Positions 26,301 to 39,200 of a stretch of DNA of 64,000 nucleotides are shown here, one piece after another (position 1 is the first letter of the stretch; the number at the start of each line of letters is the position of its first letter). A program made the position numbers and the translations under genes. The notes below the pieces were generated by a model. It made no database searches. It saw only the letters and a program-made list of their open reading frames with translations, and was not told the origin of the DNA. The DNA is from Podarcis tiliguerta (taxonomy: Eukaryota), in NCBI GenBank assembly GCA_965153285.1, contig OZ229115.1; one strand, given 5' to 3'.

Positions 26301-26879
26301 ATTCTCATAGTGGCCAAGAAATCATTTGATTATCTACAGCTGAATGTGCAAAGCTGCCTCACTATAAAAGTGCTTCCACATTCAAGGGAAAGTATTTATG
26401 ATCTGTTCTATTGCATTACTTGAATGAGTCTTAAGTTGTGACTAGCTTTTGCTGATTGTGCCCACCATTTCTGAATTATAGTGAGAAGGCTCAAAAGCTC
26501 TGCCTGTGATGTCTGATCTGTAATGGTGGTTTCTGTCATTATGAACTTCTATTTGAACTTATAATTTAACAGTCTTCCCTTTCTGAAAAATAATATGGAG
26601 GAAGCACCCTCTTATGGGGGACATGTTAACACTGCGCAGTAAGCTGATCCCTGTATTTCAAGTATTTTATAACCTCCATTTAAAATGTAAATCACAGACA
26701 TTTAGGATAGGTAGAAGCTATGATGTTGGACATAGAAGTATGTGCAGCAGTAATTCTTGGTTGGCACTTTTAAATCGTTACTGTACCAGTGATGTTTCTG
26801 GTATTTTCATGGGATGGTGTGGCAGTAGCATATGTATGCTAGATTTTTTTATTGTTATTGGTATGTTTTATATTTTATA

Positions 26880-27100
26880 TCATTATAATAATTAATAATA
26901 ATAATTTTGTTATGTACACCCCACCCATCTGGATGGGTTCCCCCAGCCACTCTGGGTGGCTTACAACTTATCTACAAACAGCAGTCCTTAAAACTTTCCC
27001 TAAACAGGGCTACCTTCAGAGGTCTTCTAAAGTCAAGATTGTTGTTTATTCCATTTACATCTGAAGGGAGGGTGTTACTACCGAGAAGGCCCTCTGCTTG
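26880..27100 (-). mobile_element. L2-type LINE 3' fragment
   Basis: CCCCAGCCACTCTGGGTGGCTTACAAC terminal motif and ACCGAGAAGGCCCTCTG. Confidence 0.6.
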
Positions 27101-28074
27101 TTTCATATTGCTTGTAAGCTGCTTTGAGACTGTTTCGCACCTTAGGCAACTAAGTAAATAATTATAATAATAAATAACAAAGCAAATGAAAACAAAAAAG
27201 TTGTCATGGATAAAAATATAGGGCTTGTTGTCTAGAAGAGAAAGGTTATTCAGATCCACAGTGGATCTCATCTCTTTTAAAAAGCAAATTAGACTGAATG
27301 TGACAAAACAAGCTAGTGGGTGTATAAAAGAAAAGCAGGAGTAATCAACTCCTGGAGGCCATGTGCTAGTGGTCAGGGGTAGGCTTCTAACTATAGCAGC
27401 CAAAGCAACAATATTAATCCTAGTCCAAGGTTGTTCTGCATTAGATGGAGCTTAGAGTGCAACTGAACAGCATCTGAACTGTTGTCTCTTAGGAACAATC
27501 CAGTTTTTTAAACATAGGAAAGTGTGTCTTTGTAATGTCAAGAGGGTCAGACTTGAATATGGGACCCATGAACTCCAGATAAAAGCATGGAAGCATTTTC
27601 AAGACATAGGTCTCTCTTACACATCTGTCTCTTCCAATATTCAAAGGATGCAGTTCCCCACAATTATTTGCTGGAGGGGAAATATAATGCTCTTAATGTA
27701 TCAGTAAAGAACACGTTCCTGGCATCTGCTGAGATCCCATCCAATAGAAAACACATGCCTGTGGGCACCTCTATATAAGCCATGGTAACATCCCGGAAAT
27801 CATATATCTTCCCAATGTGCTTATTTAATAAGCAGACTACATATTTTCTCATTCCTTTTATCATGTGCAAACATGTGCACCCAATACTGCAGTGTACCTG
27901 CCACTTGTGTTTCTGTAGGTAGTACAAGACTGACTTACTTGATTTTATTTTCCCATTTCCACAGCATTCACTGAATTTTGAAACATGTTCATCTTTTGAG
28001 ATATAATGACTATTGCAAGATACAAGTTTTACAATGCATTGTTTTCTCAATTATAAGGATATGTTTTGATAAAT

Positions 28075-28205
28075 TCCAAAGGGATAGCCATGCTAGTCTG
28101 ATACTGCAAACCTCCCCACAAAAATAACTTGTGGCACCTTAGAAACAGATTTATTATGGCTTATGTGAAAAGAAAACAGTCTATAAGGTGCCACAAAATT
28201 CAGTA
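28075..28205. mobile_element. Penelope-like terminal repeat fragment
   Basis: TAGCCATGCTAGTCTG...TGTGGCACCTTA / TAAGGTGCCACA inverted motif; a similar piece lies at about 49530-49599. Confidence 0.5.
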
Positions 28206-28808
28206 TATTTCGACATCAACCCTTCAGAACATTTTTGGTCACCTTTCTTCTAGTCCAATGGGTGAAAGTCATCTGGGGTAAAAAAGTATGATATTGATAT
28301 ATGTCCTTATGGGGTTCAACTTGACCTCCTATCATGGCTGTTTTGAGGGACCATAATCAAATGTTCCTCGACACCTTTTATAGCTCCATCTTTTCAAAAT
28401 GATATAAATAAAATCAAGCCCTGAATCCAAAGGTTGAAGACACTGCCCCACCCCAGGATCCAGCTGGGATTCTTCTGCTTACAGCAGTTTGCCAGAGAGG
28501 AGGCTTCAGTTATCAGATACCAACAGCTGGGTGGACTCTTTGGGGCTGGGAGGAGCATCCTTCAAAGCCAGCATGCCGGAAATGGATATGGGGAACTCGC
28601 TGGATCCTTTTCTGCAACAAACCTACTTGGTGCTAGAACAAGGGCAGAATCTTGACTTCCAGAACAAAAGTTTAAATAAGGATGTAACAGAATGGACACA
28701 AGGAAACCAGAGTAACTTCGGGCTATGCCCTGTATCATCCAAGTATATATGAGCTTCCAGCTCAATAGAAAGGGTAGACATGTAAAAAAGAAGCACTAAG
28801 GTCTATAC

Positions 28809-28990
28809 AAGCCATGTCCAAAGTTCGTTTCGGGGGCCTAATCCGGACCGCCAGTCAGTTTAATCCAACCCCTGTGGCAGTTTACCTCAACAACTTGAAT
28901 CCTAAAAAAAGGTTAACAACTTTGGTCGGCCCTGACAACCCTTCATTTCATCAAATCTGGCCCTCTTTGAAAAATGTTTGGACACCACTG
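28809..28990. mobile_element. Non-autonomous hAT element (MITE)
   Basis: Imperfect TIRs (TGTCCAAA / TTTGGACA); exact 8-bp TSD GTCTATAC at 28801-28808 and 28991-28998. Confidence 0.85.
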
Positions 28991-31900
28991 GTCTATACTA
29001 TAGGAACATCCCAATCTTTCCTGCAAGTTTCCCATTCACACTTTGCCCCAGCAAATGATTGCAGACAGTGGACAGTTTTGCTTTCTAATCTCTTCCTTGT
29101 AGAGACTTGAGTAGAATATCCTTTGGGTTGCTGGCCCAGTTTATAAGGGCAGACTGAAATTAGTAGAAGTTCCTTTAAATTGGCCTTAGCCCCCAGAAAC
29201 CTCAAATAGAATGGCAACTGATCTACATGGACAAATAACCATCCACTTCTCAAGTTGAGTCACACCCTTGCTACCTTCCCACCTTTCTAAGGGCTCAATT
29301 GATGACAGTAAGAGGATGTAAGACCCAATTAGAAGGGAAACCTGGGTCTTTCACTTGCTGTTTTCTCTCACCTTTGCATTACGAACCTGAGCAGAAAACA
29401 TAATTTAGTTCAGTCAGAACTGAAGTTTGGGGTCTCTTATTAGACCATTTGCATGGACTTACAATGCTTGTGTGATCTGTGACACCACAAACTGTTCAAA
29501 GTTCATCGCTCCCACATTGTATCACCAACTACCCTGGTCACAAACAAAGCAGGACACTCCTCTCCTACTCTGCATGCCTGCATCCTAAAAGTCAGATGAT
29601 TTGGGTCAAGTGGCATGGAAATCTTCCCCATCAGAGACTGCTCTTAGGAAGCCCAAGCCAGCACCACAGCCAGCTGATCAAGATTCTATAATTTCTGGTT
29701 TCTCCACAGGAGGGACTGTGTGGGTGAACTGTTTAGCTCTGATCACCTTATAAATGAGAAACCTCAGCTTAAGTAAAAGTACAGCTCTTAGGGTCAGTAA
29801 ATCAACTCAAGTATTTCGAGTCAAGCTTCTCTTGAGTAGATGGAGCTTTAATGAAGGACACAGCACTCCCCACAGCTTGCAATATCTGATCTACACAGTT
29901 TAAGAAAGAAAGTGTACTAAAATGAAAGCCGTGTGCTCTTAAAGCCTCTGCTGCAGAGTTCCCTGGTCCTGGTTAATTGATCTTTGGGCTCAACTTCAGG
30001 GTGACAAAAGGTGGACCTAAACATCAACAAAATGTCTTGAGCAGTGGGTGCTGGCCTAGAGACTGCTACATTGTCTGCTTGCATAATGTCTGTGTGTGTC
30101 CTGGCCCAGACTCTGTAGCGCTAACCACAAACCCCTCTGATCCAGGGCATGGAAAACTGCCATATTCAAGTGAGAACCTGTCCAAAGAACATATGAAAAG
30201 CTATTCACTGATTTGGAAGCAGGGCAGTGGCCCTTCCCTTGGCCCTCCAAAGCTCATTCTTCTGACAAAACACTCATCAACCAATCCTTTTGATACTCTA
30301 GCTACCTATACCAGCACAAACTAACCTCAACTGGGACATAAAAATACTCCTAGAACTTCTCTCATCATCAGCCCAACAACAAGAATTGTGACTGACTCAG
30401 GCGCCCTACTGCGACAGATGGGGTCCTAGGTGCCATCTCCAGAAGCCATTTTATGGAGCCTGGTGCATTACCAATAAGTGCTTTGTTCTCTCTTCTTCTT
30501 AGAAATCTTTTGAAGAGACAACTGATGGAAAGAGATAATCCAAATCTTGCTACAATCCCAAGATGTGGAACTGGTACTAGATGCTCAGCAGGGTATTAGT
30601 GTTCATTCTTTCATTTTTCTAATTTGAAAAGATCATAATAGGGGAGTAAGACTTATTCTATATTCATCTCAATAAATTCATCAGACTTTAACTTTTTGCA
30701 TGGAAACTAGATGATTAAATGACACCCCCCCCCCATAAATAGCACTATCTGTATCCAGACTTGCTTTTTGGTTCAGTCACAGTGTGAGTGCTGCAGTCTT
30801 GTTAAACAAGCAAAGTGGAACCAGGTTTCATGAAATCCAGAGGGGAAAACCTCTTCTCTTGACAGTGTTACACATAACTTGGATAACTGCCTTTTAAAAT
30901 CAGAGGATATCCTTGGATCTGTCATGAACTGGACTCAGGAGAATAGTTCCTCAAAGAGGACTTCTTTTCAATTCAAAGCCTTGGAAATAAAAAAATGGGC
31001 CTTTCTGCCTCAAAAGTGAATAGACAGACAGATTTGTTCTACACTAGAGAGAGTTTCACTGACTTTGGGAGTAGATTCTCTATCTTAGAAGCGCCAATGG
31101 GCCTCTTGTATGTATTCCCACCTCTACTGGTCCTAGGCAAAGTGCTTTGTAAGAGACGTGGGTGATCTCAGTCTCCTTGTATTTATCTCATGGATTGTGG
31201 ATTCACAACTTATGGGAGTGGATTCACAACCTACTGTGTTCCAAAACCCAGTAGCTTATCCACATCTGTACATTCTGAATCTGAACACTTGATGCCCTAA
31301 GCCAGGAGCATACAAGGTCTTTGGGTATTTGATGTGGTATTCACTAAGACAGTCCACTAATAGAATTTATGAAGCTAGCTGGAGGACATTTGTGTCAAAA
31401 CCCTATTAAGGGTTGACTCAATACAATTTGGCACCTGAGGCAAACCACAAAACGCTGCCCACCACCACCACCCCGCCAGGGAAGAAGGGGTAAGTGAAGA
31501 TCCACAACAGGAACAAGAAAGTAATAAAGATTTACATCAGGATCTGTTGCCTCTGTGGATCCTGCCACCTGAGGTGGTCATCTAACCTTGCCACATAGGT
31601 GGGCCGATCCTAGCCCTAGTCCCCCACATCCTAGATTTTCTACAAGATGGGATATAAAGGCCTTCTGCCAAATACTCTGAAGAGGTAAAGGTGGTAACCT
31701 TGAAGAGTGTTATCTACAACAGCCAACCACAGAGAATATTTGGTGTTCCTATAGATTTTGGAGTGACACATAAGAAAAATTGGAGAAACAACTACTGGAA
31801 AAGGAAAAAAATATAGGAGGACAGGCAAACAGGTAGCAGGCAGACACAAGACTTAGTTGGTGGGAGGCCTGACTTAATGGGGCATAAGTTCTGCAGGCCT

Positions 31901-34900
31901 AATCTAAAACCATATGAGGCAAACTAAGGTCATTAATTAGGATAGGTATGAACAGCAGAACAGATAAATCAGAAACAAAAAAAAAAAAGGTCTAAACATC
32001 AAGATATACAAAGTGAAAAGGGAAAAAAAGGAGAATGCTTGTTCTGAAGGACAAGAAAAATAATTTAAAATTTGCAGCAGAACTAGGGCTACAACCACAT
32101 CATACCTCTTGTATATTACAAACCACTACAAATCTGTGAAAGGTGAACTTGGGATGAGCATAAATAAATGCATAAACATGAACTGTTGGTTTTTTCTGCT
32201 GTAGGATAAACCTATCTTCCCTTGACTTGACTCTTCAAGTGACAGATCTTTTGCTGATGTCCTCTTTGCTGCTCTTTCCCTGCTTCAGGTACTCTTTCCA
32301 CCTTTAATATCCCTTCAACTGTCTTGTCCATTTATACACTTAGACATTTGTTCTGTGCCTTATTATTTTACTATTGTTCATTATTATTTGTATACCCATT
32401 TTTTTTTAATTTGAAAATCTGCTGGGATGTGGCTTTTTAATTTTACATTGCACACAGCATTCTGCACAGCTGGCTTCCGTTGGAAAATAGCAGAGACAAT
32501 TTATGCAAAGCTTGATCCTCATGGAATATTGCATGTATGACTAAAATAGGATGGGTACAGTTTCACAGTGCAATCCTATACATGCCTCCTCAGAAGGAAT
32601 TCCCAGAGTTCAATAGGTTTATTCCCAGATAGATGTTTATAGGATTGCAGCTCAAACCACACTCATTATGCACATATGTATGCATCCTTCATTAACTGAA
32701 TATTCACACAAGGGATCGTGAGAAATAAAAACTTAAAGTCCAGTAAAAGAGAAATAAAACAGCTATCTTTAACAAAAGAAATTATCAACCAATATTGTTC
32801 CTAAGAAATGTACTACTTAGGAAATTCAGTATGATAAAATATCATGCAAGTTATTGCTGTAGTGTGGTGTTATGCTTTAAGATCCTTGATCTAAACAAAT
32901 GAATACTGTCATGAATACTGTAACGACAATAATGCCTTAAATGTGATTTTTTTTTTAAAGAATAACTTATGTTTGTCTTCTTTGCAACTGCATGGGTTTA
33001 TCCTGATTCAGAGACCCACGTTTTGACTGCATTTGTGAACATGTTGATCTAGATTACATAGAAGTATAAAGAATAAATCTTATCCTTGACTGCTTGCGTC
33101 AAGGCGTCAACTGTAATTTTGGCAGATTATGCCCACATCTCTACTCACTGGGAAATCTCCTCAAAAGCAAAAACCCCAACAACTAGAAGCTGCCTGATCT
33201 GAAGCAGGATACTAGTCCAGATAGCCTTGGAAGTGAGCCAGGTTGAAAGTGAGGCTTCATCATGGACAGCTTATGTTTTGGTTTAATCCATGACTATTCC
33301 CATCAGCAACAAATTCAATAATGCAACTAAACAGAGAGTAAGTGGACAGCTGTGTCCCCTCCATATCCATGTGGAGATCTGATTCCTTGACAGGCCTGAA
33401 ACAGTGAAGAAAGGATGGGGAAGGCTAATATGCACCCCCCCCCCTCTCACACTCCCTCCCTTATGGCAGTGGCAGCCGCAGCCGAATCTGATTTCTTGCA
33501 GCGTCCTCAACACAGTGCTGCACGCACATGCCTTGGGCCACCTTCAAAGTGTTGAGGGGCGGATTAGCTGGATTAGGGAGGCTGTGAAAGGAGCCATGCT
33601 GCTCGGGAGGAAGTCTCGCTGGGGGCGTGCTAAAAGAGCCATTTTTACCTGTCCCGGCTGCTCTGAAAGGCCTGCCAGCCGCTAGCTGGCCTATGGCTGT
33701 CAAAACACGTCCAACCAGGATCCTGTTCACCATGGAAAAGCAGCTAGCTCCATCAAGACAAGCAAGGGAGCCCAAGCACCCCATTAAACTGACACCCTGG
33801 GGCTAAACATTGCTGAGGGCCAAGGTAGGGGGAGATGTGCAGCGCCGTGTCCCTTGGTGCTTGTTCTCTAACAAACCTAGTCTGACAAAGACAGAGACGC
33901 CAGGCTGCTTTCTAAATAAACAAGGCAGAGGGGGTGGAGGTGGCTGGCAGGCTGGATGGGGGAGCTGGCTTTAAGGAGAGCACTGAAAGGCCCGTTTGAG
34001 GCCTACTCTCCATTCCCCAGGCCTGGCCTGGCCTTTTGTTTATCCCAGACCTAAATTAATGTCTTTATTTACCAGAAATCCGAAGGGCTCAGGTTCCCAG
34101 TGTGGAGGGGGCGGGTGAGGGAGAGGAACGGCATGAAGGAGCCTTGGCCAAAGACGAGGGGAGAGCCCGACCCCCGAAAAAGGGGGCTAAAAGAGATTCA
34201 GTTGGGAGCCATTCACTGCTAAGACTCCTGTCAGCATTGACATAAATTTCCACTGGTGTTGGCATTTACGCATTTGGCATTTCCATATGTATAGAGTTGC
34301 CTGGACTAATTATGCTAATCATCCCCTCTGTTGGCCGCTGTGAAAAATGCCCACATTAAGCACTCCACTGCCTGCTAATGTGACTTAATGTGCGGTTGAA
34401 ACATACATTCATCCCCCTCTGAATGGCGAAATTTTTCCACATTGCTGCCTTCATTCAGGCAAGAAATGAATTTTTTGAACTCAGACCACTTTTCCAAGCC
34501 AGGGGGGATGGATCAGAGAATAACACTCTCTCCTTCTCTCTCCACTTTCTGTTCCCCACTCACAGCTCTTGCTAATAAAATAAAAAATAAAATCTCTAGG
34601 GCTGGGTCAGACACCCTTCTTCACATATCATTTAAAAATGGAATCTCCATATGTACAACCAGATCAGCGAGGTGGGGAGACCCCATCTTTATCTAGAAGC
34701 ATCCGTCCTCTCACTCTTCTCTTGTCCACCCCCCCCCTCAACAAAAGGAGCTCTTTCCTCCCCCAACCCTTCAATTCTTTGGGAAACTGAAACAGCCTGA
34801 GTGGCAACTCTAGCAAGTTTGAGCTAGTCTGAGAAAAGAAAGATCCTTTCAAAGCCGGCCATGGTCACAGTAGAAGATGCCTCTTAGAGCAAATGTCAAA

Positions 34901-36215
34901 GCAGAGGCAGAAAACAAAGCAGATTTAGAGGATAATGGCCAACGCTCTCCCACTCTTTCTCTCTCTTTTAGAGGATAGAGAGGCTGAAGGGTATCCCCAA
35001 ATACACTATTTTTAAAATAGTAGTTACAACACTTTCTATTCTGCAGGTATTATTTACTACTTGCATGTGCAATCACATGTGCAACCCTCACAGCAGTTAT
35101 TAGCAATCACAAGAAATACTATGAAGCATATGAGAATTGTTCAATGATTTTTTTTCTTCTTCAAGTGTGGTTATAAACAACTGCATTTAGTTAACTCCAG
35201 TGTTACTTTGCTACTGGCATTTACTACCAATGGAAATTGGTAATGACTTGGTAACAAAGAAAAAGAACAAAACTAATGGCATTTCCCTCTTTGTTGGACT
35301 TTATCCTAGTTTGTCATCATCGTTCCTACCTGCACTGATAGTAGCATTTTTCCACTGTGGCCCATAGACAATTGCTTTTTCATTTGTGTGGTGTTGTTTT
35401 TAAAATGTATCTATGGATTCTGCCCAGCTTAAAACCTCTTTTCTTTATTGTGCCAAAGTTTATGTGTTGAATCCTGTCAAATGCCGGCCAAAGAAAAGAC
35501 AAGAGAAGGGGCAAGGTGACTATGGAAGAACCTAGGAAATAGGTTGGCTCAAGACTAGACTGATCATTACCTAAGACTTCCACAACAGGAGGTTTATTTA
35601 ATATATAGCATGTGTGGGAGAATCATCACTTCTACAGAAGGAAGAGAAACACATAGAATATTAACCAAATCTAAACTATCAAAGGACATACCAGCAGTCA
35701 TCTCTGTGAAAAAAAACTACAAGAAATACAGTTTCTTTCTTGGAAACAATGAGGAATTGTCTATAAAATTTTGGAGGGTATGAGGGAAAGATGCTGGGAC
35801 ACACTCCAAAAATAGTGCAGAAACTGTGTGCCCCTGTGGCAGCCTGATGGACTTCTTTATGGAGGAAATTTGATAGGCCTTAAGTTTATACCCAGACTCC
35901 CTGAATTACCTAGCTTCTCCTATCATTGTTGGATTCACATACTTCCCCTGCATCACAACATTCTGGAGTTTGCTTTTCCACTTTAAATAGTCCAGTTTAC
36001 TTTCACACTGTCTATGTGAGATTATAAATTCTTTTTTGTAGATTCCTTAATTCTGCTGCCAGCCTCCTTTGCCTCTAAGGAATGCAAATGTCCAACAATA
36101 TGGGAAGCACACTTGTTCACGTCACCCATCTCCCCCATGGCTCTCATCCTTCCTGAAGTTGTCCTCTCACTCTTATCAGCACCAAGGCCACTTCAGAGGC
36201 TTCTGCTAGCCACTA

Positions 36216-36241
36216 GGCCACCCACCTCTGCTGGCCACCCA
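36216..36241 (+). promoter_or_regulatory. Tandem GLI-variant sites GGCCACCCA x2 in intron 2
   Basis: Copies at 36216-36224 and 36233-36241, starting 17 bp apart. Confidence 0.45.
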
Positions 36242-39200
36242 AGAACATTACGTACATATATACACTGAAGCCCCCTTGGCCTCTGCACTCAGCTGCCTTG
36301 GGGGCTTGTTTATTTGCTCTTGTGAGCGAGGTATGCAGGCCCCACATCCACAGTTTATTTATCTGTTCAGAAGGAGAGTTCAGAGTAGAAAAGCCTCATT
36401 GAATATATACTGGGCCTTCTAGTATTTCTCACATGGCCTGCCTTCATGGGGTTCATCTCCAGTCTCAAACACCCTGAGGTCTGACCTGATTTAAAGGCTG
36501 CTTCACCTCTCCCATCTGCAGGAATATCAGGCTAAGTTTGTAAAGGTGTCAGGCGTCAGCTCTCTCAGACTAGATAGACTCAGAACCCCAGCACTCTTTA
36601 AAGGAACCATTCTTTGCTATCATTTCAAATGGGCAGTTTAGACATCTTTCTCTGGGCATCAAATACAGATAAGCCAATGGTGCATGATTGTTATACTGAT
36701 CTGAAGTCCCTAAATGAGGCTAGGTTCCCCAGTCATTCTAAGCTAAATGCCCAGTTTGTGTACCCTACAAGCATCCAAACTACAGAATCTCCCTCCTTTA
36801 CAAGTTACCTGTAGTCATATATATGTAGATGTTCACTCCCTCAAAACACTACTGAGAACTGAGCTGCATCTGGCATCAAAGTATTCTCCCAGGTTATAAA
36901 GTAGAAATTCAATCACGCCACTCCACAAATTACACTCCAGGAGTTGGCTTCACTAAATCCTGTGCTAATTAATTAATTCCTTTTTAAATATTGACATTAT
37001 CCTATCCCAAGATATAGGCCAGTACAGTGAAATAATTTCATTTTCTCCAGCATGAAGGCATCTTACAACACTTTATCCTGGAAAATGTCACTACTGTCTA
37101 CTCTGGGTGTTCTGACTCATTCAAGATATAGAAACACGTTCAAGGTCAATTTTGACTGCCAGCTCAGAAAAGCAACTGGGCTCACCACCAAGTCTCTTGA
37201 ACAGTACCTTCCAGATCTCTGCATACTGGTCTTATCACCTCAGCATGCTGCCTGCAGTCTGTCCAGCAAGGGTGTCTATCCATTGCCCCAGCAGTAATCC
37301 ATCAAACTCTTCATTTCTTCCGAATCCTTGCAAGTTCCAGTATGGGTGGGCAAAAATCCTTCATCGGTTTTTCTTGCCTCCCCACACTCTCAGGAATTCA
37401 AAGATAAAAACATTTCCTCTGGCAGAACAGCCATTCAGTAGCAGCAACCTTTAAAAAGGCCCTGCAGCCACACAGCTACACCAAAATGTTCTGGTTAAAG
37501 ATTAAACCTGCCTTTCTTTGAGGTCACCCTTAGCCTATAAATCAACCATGACCTTTTGCCTCTCCAATGCTGGTTTGTTTTCAAGCCCCAAGCTCTAGGG
37601 TTTAATTCCCACTCAGCAGTCTACCCTGGTCATAACACTGCCAACAGGCAAGTACCTTTATAGAGGTTTACCTATAAGTGCCTACAGTCAATTCCTGTTG
37701 ACATCAGCTCTTGGTATTTTCCCATCCACTGCATTTTTTATTTTTTATTTTTAAGCTGTGAACCGCCCTGAGATCTACGGATGAAAGGCGGTATACAAAT
37801 TTAATAGATAATAATAACTGGTTGAGATGACTGGTGTCAACACTGTTGTAGAATAGATCACACAGTGAGACACCTGATCCTTAGTCAAGGTGGGTAACCT
37901 TGCTGTTTTCAATTGAGCTTAATTCAAGGCTTTCAGCTGCTATTGCACAGAAGGGGACCCAGAAACTGGAGAGAAATGCACACTTGCCATATAAACTGTT
38001 GCATGGTGGAGATGTGGGATATATTCGTGCATTTTACACCAAATTGTTTACAGACTTCAACACTCCTCCTTTATCTCAACATTTCCAAAAATAAGATGCC
38101 AATTCTAACAAGACTTGGTGGATATTCATGGAATAGATCTTTCTTAGTTCCTCACAGTCCTCTGAGGTCACTTTGTACATAGGAAACAAAGCCAATTTCT
38201 TAAACATGAGCATTTACAGTAAGAGTGGAATTAAGGAAAAGGCATACAGTATATGCCCAAACTGTGAGAGAGGAGCTCAGTTTTTCACTGCTAAAGCCAA
38301 ATGCCAATACAAGGAACAAGCAGAGCCTGCTGTTAAGATGGACCTGGGATGACACACTGCCCTCCCATCAATACCCAGCAGGTCCCTTGTCTCCTCTCCT
38401 CTCCTCATCTAAACTAAACAACAGTGTGAAGTCAGAGTGCATCTGTGGATACAACACAGTTCCATGGACAGAATCTACCAACCACATCATATAACCCCCA
38501 AATGGGATATCAGTAGGGCAAACAGCTCATTCACCAATATCAAATTGTTTGATCTATTCCCACAGTGTTTCCATTTATCTGCCTCAGTAAAATTCAACAC
38601 CATTCATAAATAAAGGTCAAGTGGTTCAATTCAATTTGGCAGTTCTTTAAACTCATGTATCTATACTCCTCCCTACTCTCTCTCTTGTGGACAACACACA
38701 CCAAGAGAGAACTTTCTAAGGGCCAAACATACTGGTCACAGAAGCATATTCCTTCTTTTAAACATGTTTTCTCCTGCTATCTCTCATGTTGTTTGGTGCT
38801 GATGAGAGTTATATTCCCAAATATCTGGAGGTCACCATGTTGGCAAAGGCTGATCCACAACAGCATTGCAAACGGAAGAGGTTGGTAGAAGGAGTAGTTT
38901 AGGGAGGACGATTGGGCTGGAAGGAGAGACAGCCATGGTTACACTAACGCCTAGAATGATACCCCATCTGTTTTAAGGAATCAGATGTTCTGTTGTTTTC
39001 CACTATACACAAGGTCAGGGTGCTTCACCCTGCGCGCACACACTCTGGCCCACACACTCTGCATGACAGCTTCATGTTTTGAGCACAAATACACTCAATC
39101 ATCTTTTCCAGGGTGATTGAAGTGTACCACAGTGCAAAAAGTGTGAGAAGCTACCACAGATATTTGTTCATTGAACAGTGGTGAGTATGGGGACTGTGAC

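Noticed and set aside
31197-31230. 13-bp direct repeat GTGGATTCACAAC x2 (a similar short doublet lies near 26149-26178)
   Set aside because: Only two units, consistent with ordinary slippage; not an array, and CRISPR does not apply to this eukaryotic DNA.
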